Positions 36,795 to 50,660 of a stretch of DNA of 64,000 bases are shown one piece after another. Origin of the DNA: Octopus sinensis (taxonomy: Eukaryota); NCBI RefSeq assembly GCF_006345805.1, contig NC_042997.1:30194001-30258000 (forward strand), given 5' to 3'. The notes beneath the pieces were generated by a model that searched no databases, was not told the DNA's origin, and was given only the letters and a program-made list of their open reading frames with translations. A program made the translations under genes and the position numbers. How positions within the stretch are numbered: the first letter of the stretch is position 1; every line of letters begins with the position of its first letter.

Positions 36795-37018
36795 TTATAA
36801 TAAAAAGGTGTGAAACCACCCGGTTCATTCAATGTTGCCATGTATTAGGCATCCCAGACATCGATGTTTCGGGTTATTTGACTCCTATCAGTGCGATACA
36901 CCTCAGGGAGGCAACTCTGAACGAACTTAATAAAGAGAAAAGAAACATCGATGTTCAGGATTCCAAATAGATGGTGACACTACACGAACCGGATGTTTTC
37001 ACATCAGTTTTTACGATA
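36795..37018. mobile_element. Old PLE-like pLTR with diverged inverted arm
   Basis: 36795-36870 inverted vs 36942-37018 (roughly 70% by eye); hammerhead relic at 36849-36899. Confidence 0.5.
36849..36899 (-). ncRNA. Degenerate type I hammerhead (G8 deleted)
   Basis: GTATCGCA-CTGAT[-]A-GGAGT..ACCC-GAAA-CATCGATG-TC-TGGGATGC; stem I 7/8 bp, palindromic stem III. Confidence 0.45.
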
Positions 37019-37149
37019 CAAGAGTTTTTTTCTGCACGCTAACTGCAGTGTATTTGCAGTTTAGCAGTTGAAACATATTTCAACTAGCCTAAATTCTGTT
37101 CATACTTAAACACTGCTTCGCGCTAACGCTTCGTGATATATATATATAT

Positions 37150-37445
37150 ATATAACTGAGGATGTATGTCTGTATATGTACATCGCTAAAACTCAAGAAT
37201 TACCCCACCGATTTCATTCAAGTTTTACTCATGTATTACTTACGGTCCATGGATTGTCATGGGCCAAAAAGATTTTTAACTTCTTGCCTAACGCGAGCCC
37301 GGAGCAATCTCTTAATCTGTTTCGTTATTACACGGCAAAAGTGAAACAATACCATCTCTATTGTAATGAGATATAATACTTTCACTTTTATATGGTTTCA
37401 CTTTCAATAGTTTCACTTTTAATAGTTTATTTTTTATTACTTTCA
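37150..37445 (+). mobile_element. Possible non-autonomous Helitron-like 5' fragment
   Basis: TATATAACTGAGGATGTATGTCTGT...CCGATTTCATTCAAGTTT resembles 5' ends of invertebrate non-autonomous Helitrons; no 3' hairpin/CTRR found. Confidence 0.3.
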
Positions 37446-37470
37446 CTATGTATATATATATATATATACA

Positions 37471-37593
37471 TGTGTGGCACCTTGGTCAAGTGTCTCCTAC
37501 CATAGCTTCGGGCCGACCAAAGCATTGTGAGTGGATTTGTCAGACGGAAACTGAAAGCCCGTCGTATATATATATATATATATATACACATAC

Positions 37594-37626
<33 letters not shown>

Positions 37627-37765
37627 TGTATGTATGTATGTGTGTGTATATGTTTGTTCCCCCACCCCCACCCCCACCCCAACATCACTTGACAACCGAT
37701 TCTGGTGTGTTTACCTCCCTGTAACCTAGCATTTCGGCAAAAGTGACCGATAGAATAAGTACTAG
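37471..37765 (+). mobile_element. Diverged partial SINE family A
   Basis: CTTGGTCAAGTGTCTCC...GTGAGTGGATTTG..GACGGAAACTGAAAG...CTTGACAACCGAT..GATAGAATAAGTACT. Confidence 0.75.
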
Positions 37766-37786
37766 ATAAGATATATAATATATATA

Positions 37787-37835
<49 letters not shown>

Positions 37836-38184
37836 TAGTAGAGTTAGAGGTTGGAATAACCGTCTAAGGGATAAAAATATCCGTTTTACTACCGATATAA
37901 TTACCTATGTTAACTGTGGGCATACATATACAAGCATATTATGTTCATAGGATACAGGTACTGACAAAGATAAACACGAGTTTATCAGGAATCAAATTTA
38001 AAGTAAACAGAAAATAGAGAAATATTGATCAACAACAATTGACTAACATCGACTATTACTTTTTAAAAACACTCATATGTGTTGTCGATGTGTATTAATA
38101 TATGTATACGCAATTTAAGTCGAATTTGTAAATGTACGAGTATGAATGCTTAATTTGAGTTTACATCTTAATTTGTATATTATA

Positions 38185-38219
<35 letters not shown>

Positions 38220-38253
38220 CTTACATACACCCACAAATACATGCAGAGACCTA

Positions 38254-38290
<37 letters not shown>

Positions 38291-38666
38291 CTAACAGCCG
38301 TATCTGCTTCCAATGTTCCACAGTTTTGACATTGAAAGTTCTGAAAATAATTTTCATTATATTTTGTAACACATCCGAGCTGGAACATGGAGCGCCATCA
38401 GAGTGAAAAATACATAAAAGAAAAGAAAAGAAAAAGAGCCTCGAAAAGAAGAAAGGTATATTATATTCAAATCATACCATTTTGCATATGTGATGCTTCA
38501 AGACGTTGAGCAAATGACTAAAATTAAAAATATTAATTGGTGGGTTAAATTTTCTTTAGGGGTAACAGGGTGTATAAGTAATAAAAAAGTAAAATAAAAA
38601 CTTTACCATAACGGGATACGCCAATAGGTCTAGAAATATATATATATATATATATATACATATATA

Positions 38667-38772
38667 TTTAATCAAAACATGAAAGCACAAAGAGAAAACA
38701 GAACAACGCGAGGACGTGGAACAAGTATATTATTATTGGACGCTCAGGAAAGAAGGAGGGTTTAATGTTTCT
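38667..38772 (-). mobile_element. Truncated family H1 pLTR
   Basis: Matches 5140-5250; breaks off at the hammerhead-like motif. Confidence 0.6.
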
Positions 38773-38835
<63 letters not shown>

Positions 38836-39607
38836 TCAGAGACAGACAAACTGACTGAAGGATGGATGGACGGATGGATGAACGTATTTGCTTGAATGTC
38901 AGTACAACTAGTACGGTTATTGTCATCATAGGTCTAGAAACTACCTAACCATCTTTATTTACCTATTATTATTATTATCATGTCCTCATCATAACCACCC
39001 TCATCATCCTCATCATCATCAACAACAACAACAAAAACAATGTCATAACTGTCATTGGCACCATGATCATTTTCATCGTCAACACATCGTACACACCTGT
39101 CTATTCTTCTGTTTCTCTTCCCATATCGTATTTATTCTTTACCTGTCTATTCTAAACAAAGTACTATTCAACCACCCTTTTTTTTTTGTAATTCACTCAT
39201 TTCCTTTTAGCTTTTACTTGCAAACCTTTTCCTTAAATCCCGTCTTTATTCACATCATTATTAATACAAATACAAATACACTTTGCCCTGCTAACAGATA
39301 CATAGAAGTTGCATTATCTCATTCGGTTAGCCTCTGACATGTTCTTGAATGAAACAAAAAGTCTTTTGTCTCCCACCCACTGTTTTAAAATAACATATAG
39401 ACACATACACACATACAAGTGCGAGTTCACACACAAATACACACGCATAGAGACATGTATATATACATACATATATAGATATGAGTATGTATATATATAT
39501 ATGTATATACATATATATTATATATATGTATATATATATATATATGTATATATAGATATATATATGTATATTATATATATATATATATAATATATATATA
39601 TATATAT

Positions 39608-39729
<122 letters not shown>

Positions 39730-39788
39730 CATATATATATATACATATGCTTACATACATACATGTCTGCATGCATATTTTATCATAT

Positions 39789-39853
<65 letters not shown>

Positions 39854-40613
39854 CGTGTGTGTATGTGTGTATATGTGTGTGTTTATATATGCATATACAT
39901 AATGCATTTCTGTTCTAAAGTTATAATAGAGATAAGACTTGTTGATAAAGCCAATAGATACAACAAACGAACGATCGGTAAATTCAACATTGAGGATGTT
40001 TACATATTGCTTGATATACAAATATTGACGCATATATAAAAAGAAATTGGCACCCGTTGTACATTTGATAAAGCACCGTAGTATTAATTGTATTTAAAAC
40101 AATAGACTTCTAAATAAGATATGAAATGTAACCACGATTCATTATAGGCCAAATCTAGATATATACCTTCTATGTAGTTTTACTTCATATATATTCTCTG
40201 TTTGCCAACAGTGTGAGCAAGCTCTTACCAGTTTAGCATTAGAGAGATATGTGTGTGTTTGTGTGTGCGTGCGTGCGTGTATGTGCGTGTTTATGTAAAT
40301 ATATATATATATAAGGGTTAATGTATGTGTGCATGCGTGTATGCAATTACTTGTTATGTTCGTCGTGTGGAATCAAACGGAAATTTTTTTAGATCTGTTC
40401 TGCGCGTTATTGTTTGAGCGCCATCGTACTTAATATGGCTTTAGAATAACTGCCGATAAGCGTCTGAGTTATGGAGTTATTACTTAACCAAGAAGGACGG
40501 TCACCGGTCGTGATCTTTGTATGGCATAGTGAGAGGATAGTGTTGAGACATGAAACCAGGACTTGTAGGTTTCCGTAGTAAGAAGAATTTTATAACGATT
40601 AGTTTTGTAGGAT

Positions 40614-40843
40614 GGAGGCGCGTGGCTTAGTGGTTAGGGTGTCAGCATCATGATCGTAAGATTGTGGTTTCGATTCCTGGACCGGGCGACGCGTCGTATT
40701 CTTGAGCAAAACACTTCCTTTCACGTTGCTCCAGTCCCCTCAGCTGGCAAAATTGAGTAACTTGCGATAGACTGGGGAACACATACGCCATTGAAACCGG
40801 GAAACCGGGCCCATGAGCCTGGCAAGGCTTTAAAAGGGTGCAT
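40614..40843 (+). mobile_element. SINE family C
   Basis: Near-full match to 32792-33039. Confidence 0.9.
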
Positions 40844-41138
40844 TTATTTTTTATTTTTTAGCTTGGTAGGAGCAACCAATATTATCAAATAAGTGACGAA
40901 ACCAAAGAAGGTAGTTCGTGCTTTGTCTTTCAAACATTGTACATCCCATAAATGAGGGTGTTCAAGGATCACTACTTGAAGGCTCAGTCATCTCATTTCA
41001 GACTTAATTTTTCCAGCTTTACAACTATAATTGCCCTCCATTTTTCAGTTTCCAAAATTCATCATGACTCTCTCCAATTTAAGCACTCCATACACTTCTC
41101 GGTCTGTCTCTCTTTCTGGTCTTGTTGTCTCTCTCTCC

Positions 41139-41190
<52 letters not shown>

Positions 41191-42009
41191 ACATATCTAT
41201 CTATCTACTTATCTATCTATCAATCTATCTATCTATTTATATATATCGATCTTTGTCTCAGTCTCTCTCCCCCTCCTCCGTCTCTCTCTCACTCACTCTC
41301 CTTGCCTTTATATTTCCCAGTCCATCATATGTGCCCTGCCCAATTTTCCTTGTATTTTACTCTATCCACTTTTAATCAAGGAACATTGTTCCCTACCTGA
41401 TTATCTTTCAAAACGTATAGTCCTCTCCATATACTTTTATATCACCACACTTAACCAAGTATATACATAGCTTTATATATGCTTAACTATTTCAAACACA
41501 GCCCTTTCCAAGCTTAACTCACAAGTTCATCGCTTTCTCTGCACTTTACTTGCCAAGAACATTGCTCTCTCTCTCCCACTTTCCCTCTCTCTTCGAACGT
41601 ATTTAAAATGATTATCCATGACGGAGTAATACACGAGTAGTGTATGTTTTAACCTGTCCAAAGTCAATGTCACATACCTTCATGAACTGCGCCTTCCCAC
41701 ATAACATCATAACACACACACAGACACACACACACGCATACATACATACATACATACATACATACATACATACATACATACATACATACATACATACATA
41801 CATACATACATACATACATACATACATGCATACATACATATATATATATATATATATGAATGTTTAAGTAGTTGAATGAATTATCCTAGTATGGATAATT
41901 CGGTTAACCGATACCCGGATAGCAAATTTACGTCAGAAATCACGGTTGGAGCTACATGCCAAGGGCAGAAATCCCGTGCTTTCGTGTGGAAATTTGTGTG
42001 TTTTTTTAC

Positions 42010-42227
42010 TATAAATAAATGAAAGAATGGAGTCGAACGACGATTTAACAAAATTCCTTTATTCTCGACATATGTTTCGAAAACTGCATATTCTCAATTC
42101 ATGAGAAGGCGGCATAATGCACCCTTTATTCCTTCGGAATTGAGAATATGCAGTCTTCGAAACATATGTCGAGAATAAAGAAATTTTGTTAAATCGTCGT
42201 TCGACTCCATTCTTTCATTTATTTATA
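42010..42227. repeat. Foldback with 91-bp arms (89/91) and 36-bp spacer; PLE-pLTR derived
   Basis: 42010-42100 vs 42137-42227; overlaps a 5'-truncated hammerhead at 42101-42175. Confidence 0.85.
42101..42175 (+). ncRNA. 5'-truncated type I hammerhead
   Basis: ATGA-GAAGGCGGCATA...TATGCAGTCTTC (11/12-bp stem II)-GAAA-CATATG-TC-GAGAA; CTG and stem I 5' strand lost at the inversion junction. Confidence 0.5.
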
Positions 42228-42257
42228 TATATATATAAATATATATGTATATATATA

Positions 42258-42821
42258 TTGGGTTGTCCGGAAAGTTCGTGCCGATTTATAAAGGCTTACC
42301 TTTCGACTTACTTTAGAACATGGTTGAGTCCTTAATATAGGATTTGACTACACCTCCATTTAGAGCACAGTTTAAGCTATCTTTTCGTGGAAGAAGGTTT
42401 ATGTTCCTATAACCTGTGTTAATTCTGTAACCCTTTAAAATGGAAGATAAGAAAGTTCATTTTTGGCACATGATGCTTTGGGAACCAGACAAAAATTGCT
42501 GCAGCTCAGCTAGGATGTGTTACCCCACCTTCCATATTCACCAGATATTGCACCTTGGGATTTCCACTTATTCAGATCTCTGCAAAATAGTCTTAATGGT
42601 AAAAATTTCAACTCCTTGGATGACGTAAAAAGATACCTTGATGAATTCTTTGCCATGAAACTACCTCAATTCTGGGAAGAGGGTTATTATCAAGTTAAAC
42701 AAAAGATGGAGACGTATTGTGCAACAAAATGGTTCATATTTGGTTGATTAAAACTGTAATGGCAAGTATTTGACCTTTTTCTTTCCTTTAAAAATCGGCA
42801 CGAACTTTCCGGACAACCCAA
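42258..42821 (+). mobile_element. Internally deleted mariner (DD34D-type) element, 564 bp
   Basis: Perfect 30-bp TIRs TTGGGTTGTCCGGAAAGTTCGTGCCGATTT, TA on both sides; MEDKKVHF N-terminus joined to PYSPDIAPWDFHLFRSLQNSL C-terminus. Confidence 0.92.
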
Positions 42822-43124
42822 TATATATAGTTATTATTTAGTCTGTTAGTTAGTTAGATGAACTGCGCTATTTCACTGTCTAATGTCTGACATATGGAAA
42901 CAGTACAATGGTGATATGCCCTATCAAGTCGCAAGTAACGACTTGCTCCACAAATGAACAAAAGAAGCAATTGTCCGATAAATCTGATATAAGTGTGTGT
43001 GATATTTGCGATGTGCGGAGACATTTTATGGTTACACATGTGACATATAGTCTTTAAATTTATGCTTATACCGATTCACACAGACAGTTAGACAGACTCA
43101 CATACACGCACAAACACAGACGCG

Positions 43125-43174
<50 letters not shown>

Positions 43175-43382
43175 TCTCGCGCGGGCATGCAAATATATAT
43201 ACATATATATACACACACGTATATATGTATCCTCTTGTGCGCACATACAATTATATATGTATATATATACACACAGACAGACATACACATATTCCTAGAC
43301 ATTTATTTATACACATACATGCATATATATATATATATATTATATATATATATATATACACACACACATATATGTATATATA

Positions 43383-43420
<38 letters not shown>

Positions 43421-43701
43421 CCATTCATATACGGATATACCTATGTGTGTGTATATGTGAGTTGGTGTATGTGTGTACGTTTGTGTGTGTTAGTGTAGAG
43501 GCTAAGCATGTACGCTCTCTCTAGGGGTTAGTGTCTCGAAAGTATAGTTTTTCCTTTTTTTTACAGTGGGTTTAGCAAAAAGCTCTTATATAAAAGTGAA
43601 ATGTATGTATGTGTAGCTTTCTGTGCGTGCGTGGATATGTTATATGCATGCGTACACACATACATGCAAACATACATAAAAACATACAACATACATACAT
43701 G

Positions 43702-43736
<35 letters not shown>

Positions 43737-43797
43737 TGGCTACCGAATAATTGTCACATATTACATTTACGGATATATATATATTATATATATATAT

Positions 43798-43849
<52 letters not shown>

Positions 43850-44115
43850 GTATGTATATAAACGTATATACATAGTTGTATGTGTGTAAGATAACCCTAC
43901 GTGTATCCACTCGTATACACGGTTCACATGATACTTAAATTTACGATTGCTTACGCTCCTTTGCTTTTTTTTCGATTTTTGTTTCGCTCCTTGTATCTCA
44001 GCATACTGTTTAACATCTGACCGTCTATGACACCAAACAATTGTGGTAGGGTGTAAAAGAGTAAGTGAGCGAACGAGTGAGAGAGGGTGTGTATCTGTGT
44101 GTGTGTGGGGGGGGG

Positions 44116-44149
<34 letters not shown>

Positions 44150-44631
44150 GAGAGAGAAGAGAGAGAAGGGATTTGCGATTTAATCTGAAGTGTTTTGTTT
44201 TCTGTAGATTTCAAGTTCAACAAAAGCTATATTTGATATCATATAAATTCCTAACTTGAAATTACACAAAAACTTGTACACACATCGCGCGTCTGCACAA
44301 ACTAACAAACACACATAGGCATACACATACAAACCAGAGAGGGCACACAGAGATGCATACATACAAACCAGCAAAGACACACAAACATACACATAGAAAC
44401 TAGCAAACACACATGCCACCATGCATACTTGCATAAGCAGTTACATATATACAATGAAGCGTACAAATAGGCCTATGAAGATAAAAATGTCTAAAATATA
44501 TCTATCGTTTTTACAATGTCTTGACGGAGTGACTTTTAAATTTCGCAGGGCGCAACGTTTTCCTTCCTCTTTCTAAGTTCGATAAAAATAAAGCACCAGT
44601 TATATACTGGGGTTAGTATTTAAGACCTTGT

Positions 44632-44990
44632 AAGGCAGCGAACTGGCAGAATCGTTACTGCGCAGGACAAAACAGCGTAATTTCACCCATCTTTACGTTC
44701 TGTGTTCAAATTCCGCCGCAGTCGACTTTGCCTTTCATCATTTCGGAGTCGACAAATTAAGTACCAGTTAAGAACTGGGGTCGATATAATCGATATCTCT
44801 TCCCTCAAGTTTTTGGCCTTGTATCAGCATTTGAAACCAATGTTTGCAAGGCGGCAATCTGGCAGAATCTTTAGAACAGCGGGCAGATGCTTACTTTCTC
44901 AGTTCAAATTCCTCCGAGATTTACTTTGCCTTTCATCCTTTCGAGGTCGATAAAATAAGACCATTTGAGCACTGGAGTAGATGGCTTGGA
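44632..44990 (+). mobile_element. Two tandem diverged SINE family B variants
   Basis: GGCAGCGAACTGGCAGAATCG..GTTCAAATTCCGCC and GGCGGCAATCTGGCAGAATC..GTTCAAATTCC. Confidence 0.7.
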
Positions 44991-45646
44991 TCGGCAAAAG
45001 GAGTCACTATTAATGATGAGTGGCAGGTTTAGTAAAGCGTCGTCCCTTTAAATCCTGCTAATGTTGTCACTTCAAATCTTGCTCATGTTCTCTTAGTCTT
45101 ATTCTAACAAAATCGATAAAATAAAACACAGGTGATTTATTGAAATCGATTCAATCGACTGTCAGCATCCACATCATTTCTCGCCTTACAATAACGTTAG
45201 ACGTGAAAGATCATTCTTGATATAGGTCCAAGGCCAAAAATTCGTAACCAGATGATATAAACTCCTGGAGTAACACTTTATATTGTAAACTACTGGTTGA
45301 TTTTATTACGTAACTAAGATTGACCAATCTAACTATTAGGAAGTGTTTTCATTGCTTATGTATGTTACTCAAGAGTATGTCTGTATAAGACATGTAGCGC
45401 CTAACACAGAAAAGAAGGAAAAATCACATAAGGAGATGTCGAGCAAAGTACAATATCCAAGCCGGGAGATCGTACTACCACTTAGATGCCAAGTGGACAT
45501 TCAATACAATTAGTTGTCGAAATCTGACGTATTATAAAAGAATGATATTTTCTCTTTATGTTTATGGAATTCAGTTTACATTGAAGAAATTATATCTCAT
45601 CATTATCATAACCGACATAAAAGAATTAATAAAAATAATAATACTT

Positions 45647-45835
45647 TCTATTGCAAGTACAAAACCAGAAATTTGGGGGGGGGGAGTCCATTACATCGAC
45701 CCCAGTGTTCAACTGGTACTCATTTTACCGACCCTGAAAGCATGAAAAGTAAAGTCGACCTCGGAAGGTAAAGACGGACGAAATCCTATTAAGGATTTTG
45801 CCCTGAGTGCCAACGATTCTGCCAGCACGCCGCCT
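45647..45835 (-). mobile_element. Diverged SINE family B variant
   Basis: Minus strand AGGCGGCGTGCTGGCAGAATCG...CGAGGTCGACTTT..GGGGTCGATGTAATG. Confidence 0.7.
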
Positions 45836-45866
45836 GAATAATGATGATTATAGTACTACTAATAAT

Positions 45867-46392
45867 CCTGATACAGTACCAGGCAGTGGCTCTCATGGCT
45901 TCTCATCTTAACTTATTGGAAGTGTTATCATGTACATGGTTTTGTCTTGGTACAAGAGATGGGCTACAGCAAATATTCTGCGCAATACCACAGATTTGCT
46001 TGTTAACTGTTTGGCCATAACCACTTGAGCATGTCTCTGAGTGACTGGCGATATGTGCATATCTGATCACGAGCAGAAGTAGTGGGAGAGCATCATAGCC
46101 ATGTGTTGAGAGGAATAATTTCGGGTTTGGATAATTCACCTTTGGAAACATGGGTGTTTTGTTCATCATCCTTAAACAAACCTTATTCAGGGACCTTTTG
46201 AGCGGCATGGGCTACTCGACGTAAAGGAAATTCTAACTGGGCCCCACCTGCAAGGTCATGCGCTGTTAATCTTGATAGGAAATCACTATGTCGCGTACAT
46301 GGCTCTGGTTTCTTCTTACAGACGTGTAGTAATGATGGGTTCGTATATTTTACCCCAATATCACTTTGATGGCATGCACTGCTCACTCACTC
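45867..46392 (+). repeat. Unclassified repeat family F, 526 bp, in an (AAT)n context
   Basis: Second copy at 26716; no tRNA head or TIR recognised; ends CTCACTC(AAT)n. Confidence 0.7.
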
Positions 46393-46457
<65 letters not shown>

Positions 46458-46461
46458 TAAT

Positions 46462-46994
46462 AAAGATGGTATAGGCACACACCAGAAAAGGTCACAGAAA
46501 ACGAGAAAGCAACCATACTCTGGGATATGCCGATACACACTGATAGAGAAATTAAGGCCAACAGACCAGATATAGTTGTCAGAGATCATGAAGAAAAAAA
46601 TGCTTTCTAATTGATGTATCAATACCGGCTGATGACAACGTGTCTCTAAAAGAAATGGAGAAACTCTCAAAATACAAAGACCTGGAAATAGAGGTAACTA
46701 GAATGTGGAACCTGAAAACAGAAACAATTCCTATCATAGTAGGTGCATTAGGCATGATAAAAAAAAATTTTTTTTTTTAAATATTCAGACAAATACATAG
46801 CAAAAACACCAGGACTTACAAACACATATAACATACAGAAAATTGCACTACTAGGCACTGCACACATCCTACGCAGAACACTTTCCATACAATAACCATC
46901 AGAGCATCACAACAAATCACAGCACATACCCAAGGCACACAGAGCTGCGCTCGGTAGTGAAGTGAAAGCACGCTATAAAAATAAAACTACTGAA
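46462..46994 (+). mobile_element. Dong-like LINE family Y, 3' RLE fragment
   Basis: ILWDMPIHTDREIKANRPDIV...KYKDLEIEVTRMWNLKTETIPIIVGALG; 3' UTR; (AAT)n both sides. Confidence 0.9.
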
Positions 46995-47070
46995 TAATGA
47001 TAATAATAATAATGATAATAATAATAATAATAATAATAATAGCAGTAACAACAACAACAACAACAACAAC

Positions 47071-47128
<58 letters not shown>

Positions 47129-48855
47129 GTGGTGGTGGTGGTGGTGGTGGTTTCTAACTTAGATACAAGGGCAGCAATTTGGATAGTCAGGTATTAGTCG
47201 ATACCATAGACCTCAGTATTTGACTGGTGTATTTTGGCGGAGAATAGAGAATACAGGGACATTTATAATGATAGAAATAACATAAAAAGTAGTTAAATGA
47301 TCGATTGAAATGTTGAAAGATAATTATCAATAAAATTTATTGATTTATAAAATTTATTGTTTTTATTTTCATATAATTAATATATTAAAATTTTTTATTG
47401 TGTTGGGAAGCCTGTCACCAAGTATAAACAAATTTATTTGTTCATATCAACACAAGACCGACTCCCTTCATCTACAAACAATACACATATCAGTTCGTGT
47501 TTTAAGAGCACAATATGTATTAAAAGTTATGTGTAGAACTCAATAAAACTAGGGAGAATCGAATCTATATCTGACGATGTCACTCTAAATATAAGGCTTG
47601 GTTTTACTCTTCCGATTTTGCGTATATAACAGACGAGGTATAAACGGAGACAACAGGAAAAGGTTTGTGCTCAACACATATGTTACAGCAATATTCTGCG
47701 AAAGGAAACGAAACTATTAAATACGCATTAAATTTTCAGAGAACATGAATGTAGGAACTGATCCAAACTGGCAAGACAACTTAAAAAACTACAATTTTAT
47801 ATTGAATACATCAGAAATCGAATAAGAACATTTAAAAGAAAGCCTATGTAATAAAAATGCAAGGAAAAAAAGACGGAAAAAGTAAACAACAAAAGTAAAA
47901 CATTGATAAACCACGATGGTGTATTTAGCAAAGAAAATACCAGAAAAGGACAAAGGAAAACTATAAAACATCTCAAGTAAACTGACCAAAAAGAAACCGA
48001 GCCTGGACAAAGCATACAAGATTATAAATAAACGGGAATATTAAAAACTATTTAAGTAGATGAAATCATAAACATGACTATCAATATGTGTAAAATAACT
48101 AAAGAATTACAAACAAGAGATCTTCCTGTTGGCTGATAAAAATATCTCCAAGGATACAACATAGTGATAAAATAGCATCAATAAAATCGCAAACATGAAG
48201 ATCACAGATACAATGCAAACAGAAACAAATATCATCAGAATAAATTAATGTAGTTTGTTAGTTGTAGTTACAAATAAAAGTGGATACGTTTTTAAATCTC
48301 TTCGTTTAGCCATATCGAAAGACATGCAATCAACAGACATACAGAAATGATCAGGTAGTCTTGAAGGAACTCAGTAATAAAACCACAAAGCTTTAAAATA
48401 AAATAGCTGACATATACTAGAGAAATGAAGGGAAGTGTCTGAAACAAACGATCGGCCTTGTATGAAAAGCAACACTGACACTTTGAATACAACAATTAAG
48501 AAAGAAATTTCAAAACAAAATAATTTTGTCAAAACATAGGTAAAAATAAAATAGAAATCAAGACTGTACCGACATTAATAGTAGAAGTATTTTAGGAAGA
48601 AGTAAAACAAGCGGAAGTCATATGATAATATTCAAAATTATTTAAAATATTAAACAAGAATACATAAGGAAGGTGGTAATAGAGATATTTTATACGATAA
48701 TAACAATCAGAGAATAACCTGGCTGCTCATTTAGAAGGAGAACCATCTTAATCTTCGAGACTAAAAATGCAGCAAACCCCAAAACCCTTAAACGAATAGC
48801 CTAGCTTCCTTTAGATTGCAAAGCAATACCATAGGTGATAAATAAACATATAGAT

Positions 48856-49070
48856 AAAAAAATCTGACGCCTTGAAGAACAGAAGATATAGCGCAGGTGT
48901 AGGAGAGATATTGCAAAGCTCATATAGCTGGAAAAATAAATTAATGAAAGGCAAGGACATTATAGAGGACCATAAAAGGAGTGAGAAATGTCATATACTC
49001 GATAAAGAAACAAATATAATGGAAATCGAGCAAATACAGAAATGTAAATATAGAAGAATCAATGAATTAA
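48856..49070 (+). mobile_element. Mariner-like transposase HTH relic
   Basis: SWKNKLMKGKDIIEDHKRSEK...NIMEIEQI...RRINEL resembles W..F..G....ED..RSG(RP); first ~125 bp repeated at 50661-50788. Confidence 0.45.
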
Positions 49071-50660
49071 ACCTTGCCCTTGCTCTACGCCCCAGCACAT
49101 GTGGCCGTCGAATCCGACTCGAGAGCAAACTATGTTTTTCATTGGAATTAGCTACGGTCTTGGACCAGCTGCACAGTTTGTTAGCCCAAATGCAGGTTTT
49201 TTTACGAGACACCACACATGTAGAAGGCCGTTGACTCACAATGAGTTCACCTGTCCTTTCACATATTTTTTTTCGTCCTGCACAATGTCCACAACACTAT
49301 CGTCAACTGGTACCTAGTGTACAACACACAAAGGAAAAATTATAAGGGTAAATCTGGTAGACGTATTAGTTTAATATTCAAAGATGAACTAAATGCAAAA
49401 TATGAGGTAAAGTTTGAAAACTCTTGCTTAAATTTTTAATATTTTATTTTGGAGGAGTACTCTGCACATACCTCTTTTATTCTGGAGGAGTACTGTACTC
49501 ATATCTCATAACACAGTCTCCGTGACTGGTGGGAAGGAGGGATTTTTTTCTCTAACTGAAGAGCTTGGAGTGGGTTTCTCGAACTGAAGATACTTGCAAT
49601 GGAGTGGGTTGTATTAAAGGCATCCAAAGATTAGATGGTGCTGTTGAAGAGGGCAGCAGATTAGAACTACCAGCTAAGTATGTCCTGGTGGGGGTCTCTA
49701 TTCTGAAATCGAAGAGCCGTTACAAATACTGCAAGATATATGGTGTTCTTGTTTCGTCAATTCACCATCTTGGATTGGTATTTTTTTATCGACTCCAAAA
49801 CGAAATGCGAAATTGTCCTCGTTGAGCTACGCAAGTGTTAAGTAATAGTTACTTCTTAACAGGACACTAAATGAAAACGACTAACAAAAAGCTAAAAAGC
49901 AAAAGTAAGAAAATAATGACTGTATAAAATACATAAGCAAAAATCCCCCAAAACACAATGTGTTAGGAGCCTTCTGCGACAAGAAAACTATTATAAAATT
50001 ATCCAACTACAGGACAAAAAATATCGAGAAAATAATAACGGAAAACCATTATAAATATGATTAGTTTCAAACAAAATAAAACAATATTTTCTCTGTTTAA
50101 GGAAACCAGTACATATAATACAACTCGAGAAACGAAAGAAAGTTTTTGCGAGAAAAGAGAAACATCAAAAACTGTTTAAAAGCTAGAAACGAAACTGAAA
50201 TGGGTTCCAAAACCAAACAAACAAGTATTTTCTGTTAGGAAGGAAACCAACAAATATAAATGGTAAAGTGAAAGAAAATTATGAGGAAAAAGGGAAAACA
50301 ATAACAACACTGATCGACAACCAATTTTCATCAGGCATGTTATGTGGTGTTTAAAATGGAGCTTTTTCTGCTAATTCAAAAGAATGTAATCAGTTTTCTT
50401 CTAACATGCACAGTTTTCCAATTGGGAGAGAGAAGATACGCATATAACTGCGATCAATACTATCGTCACCCGTTAAAGTTTTATACTGCTGAATGTTGAT
50501 TTGTATTTTATAACTAATTGTGTGATTTATGTAATTTTATATTTATCATTATTTTAGACGTGCTGTAATTATGTATTTTTCTCAAAATATTTCATTAATA
50601 TCTTTTGCATCTTCATATATTATAATTTTCCTTTAGGTGTCCCATCATCTCCAAACTCTA

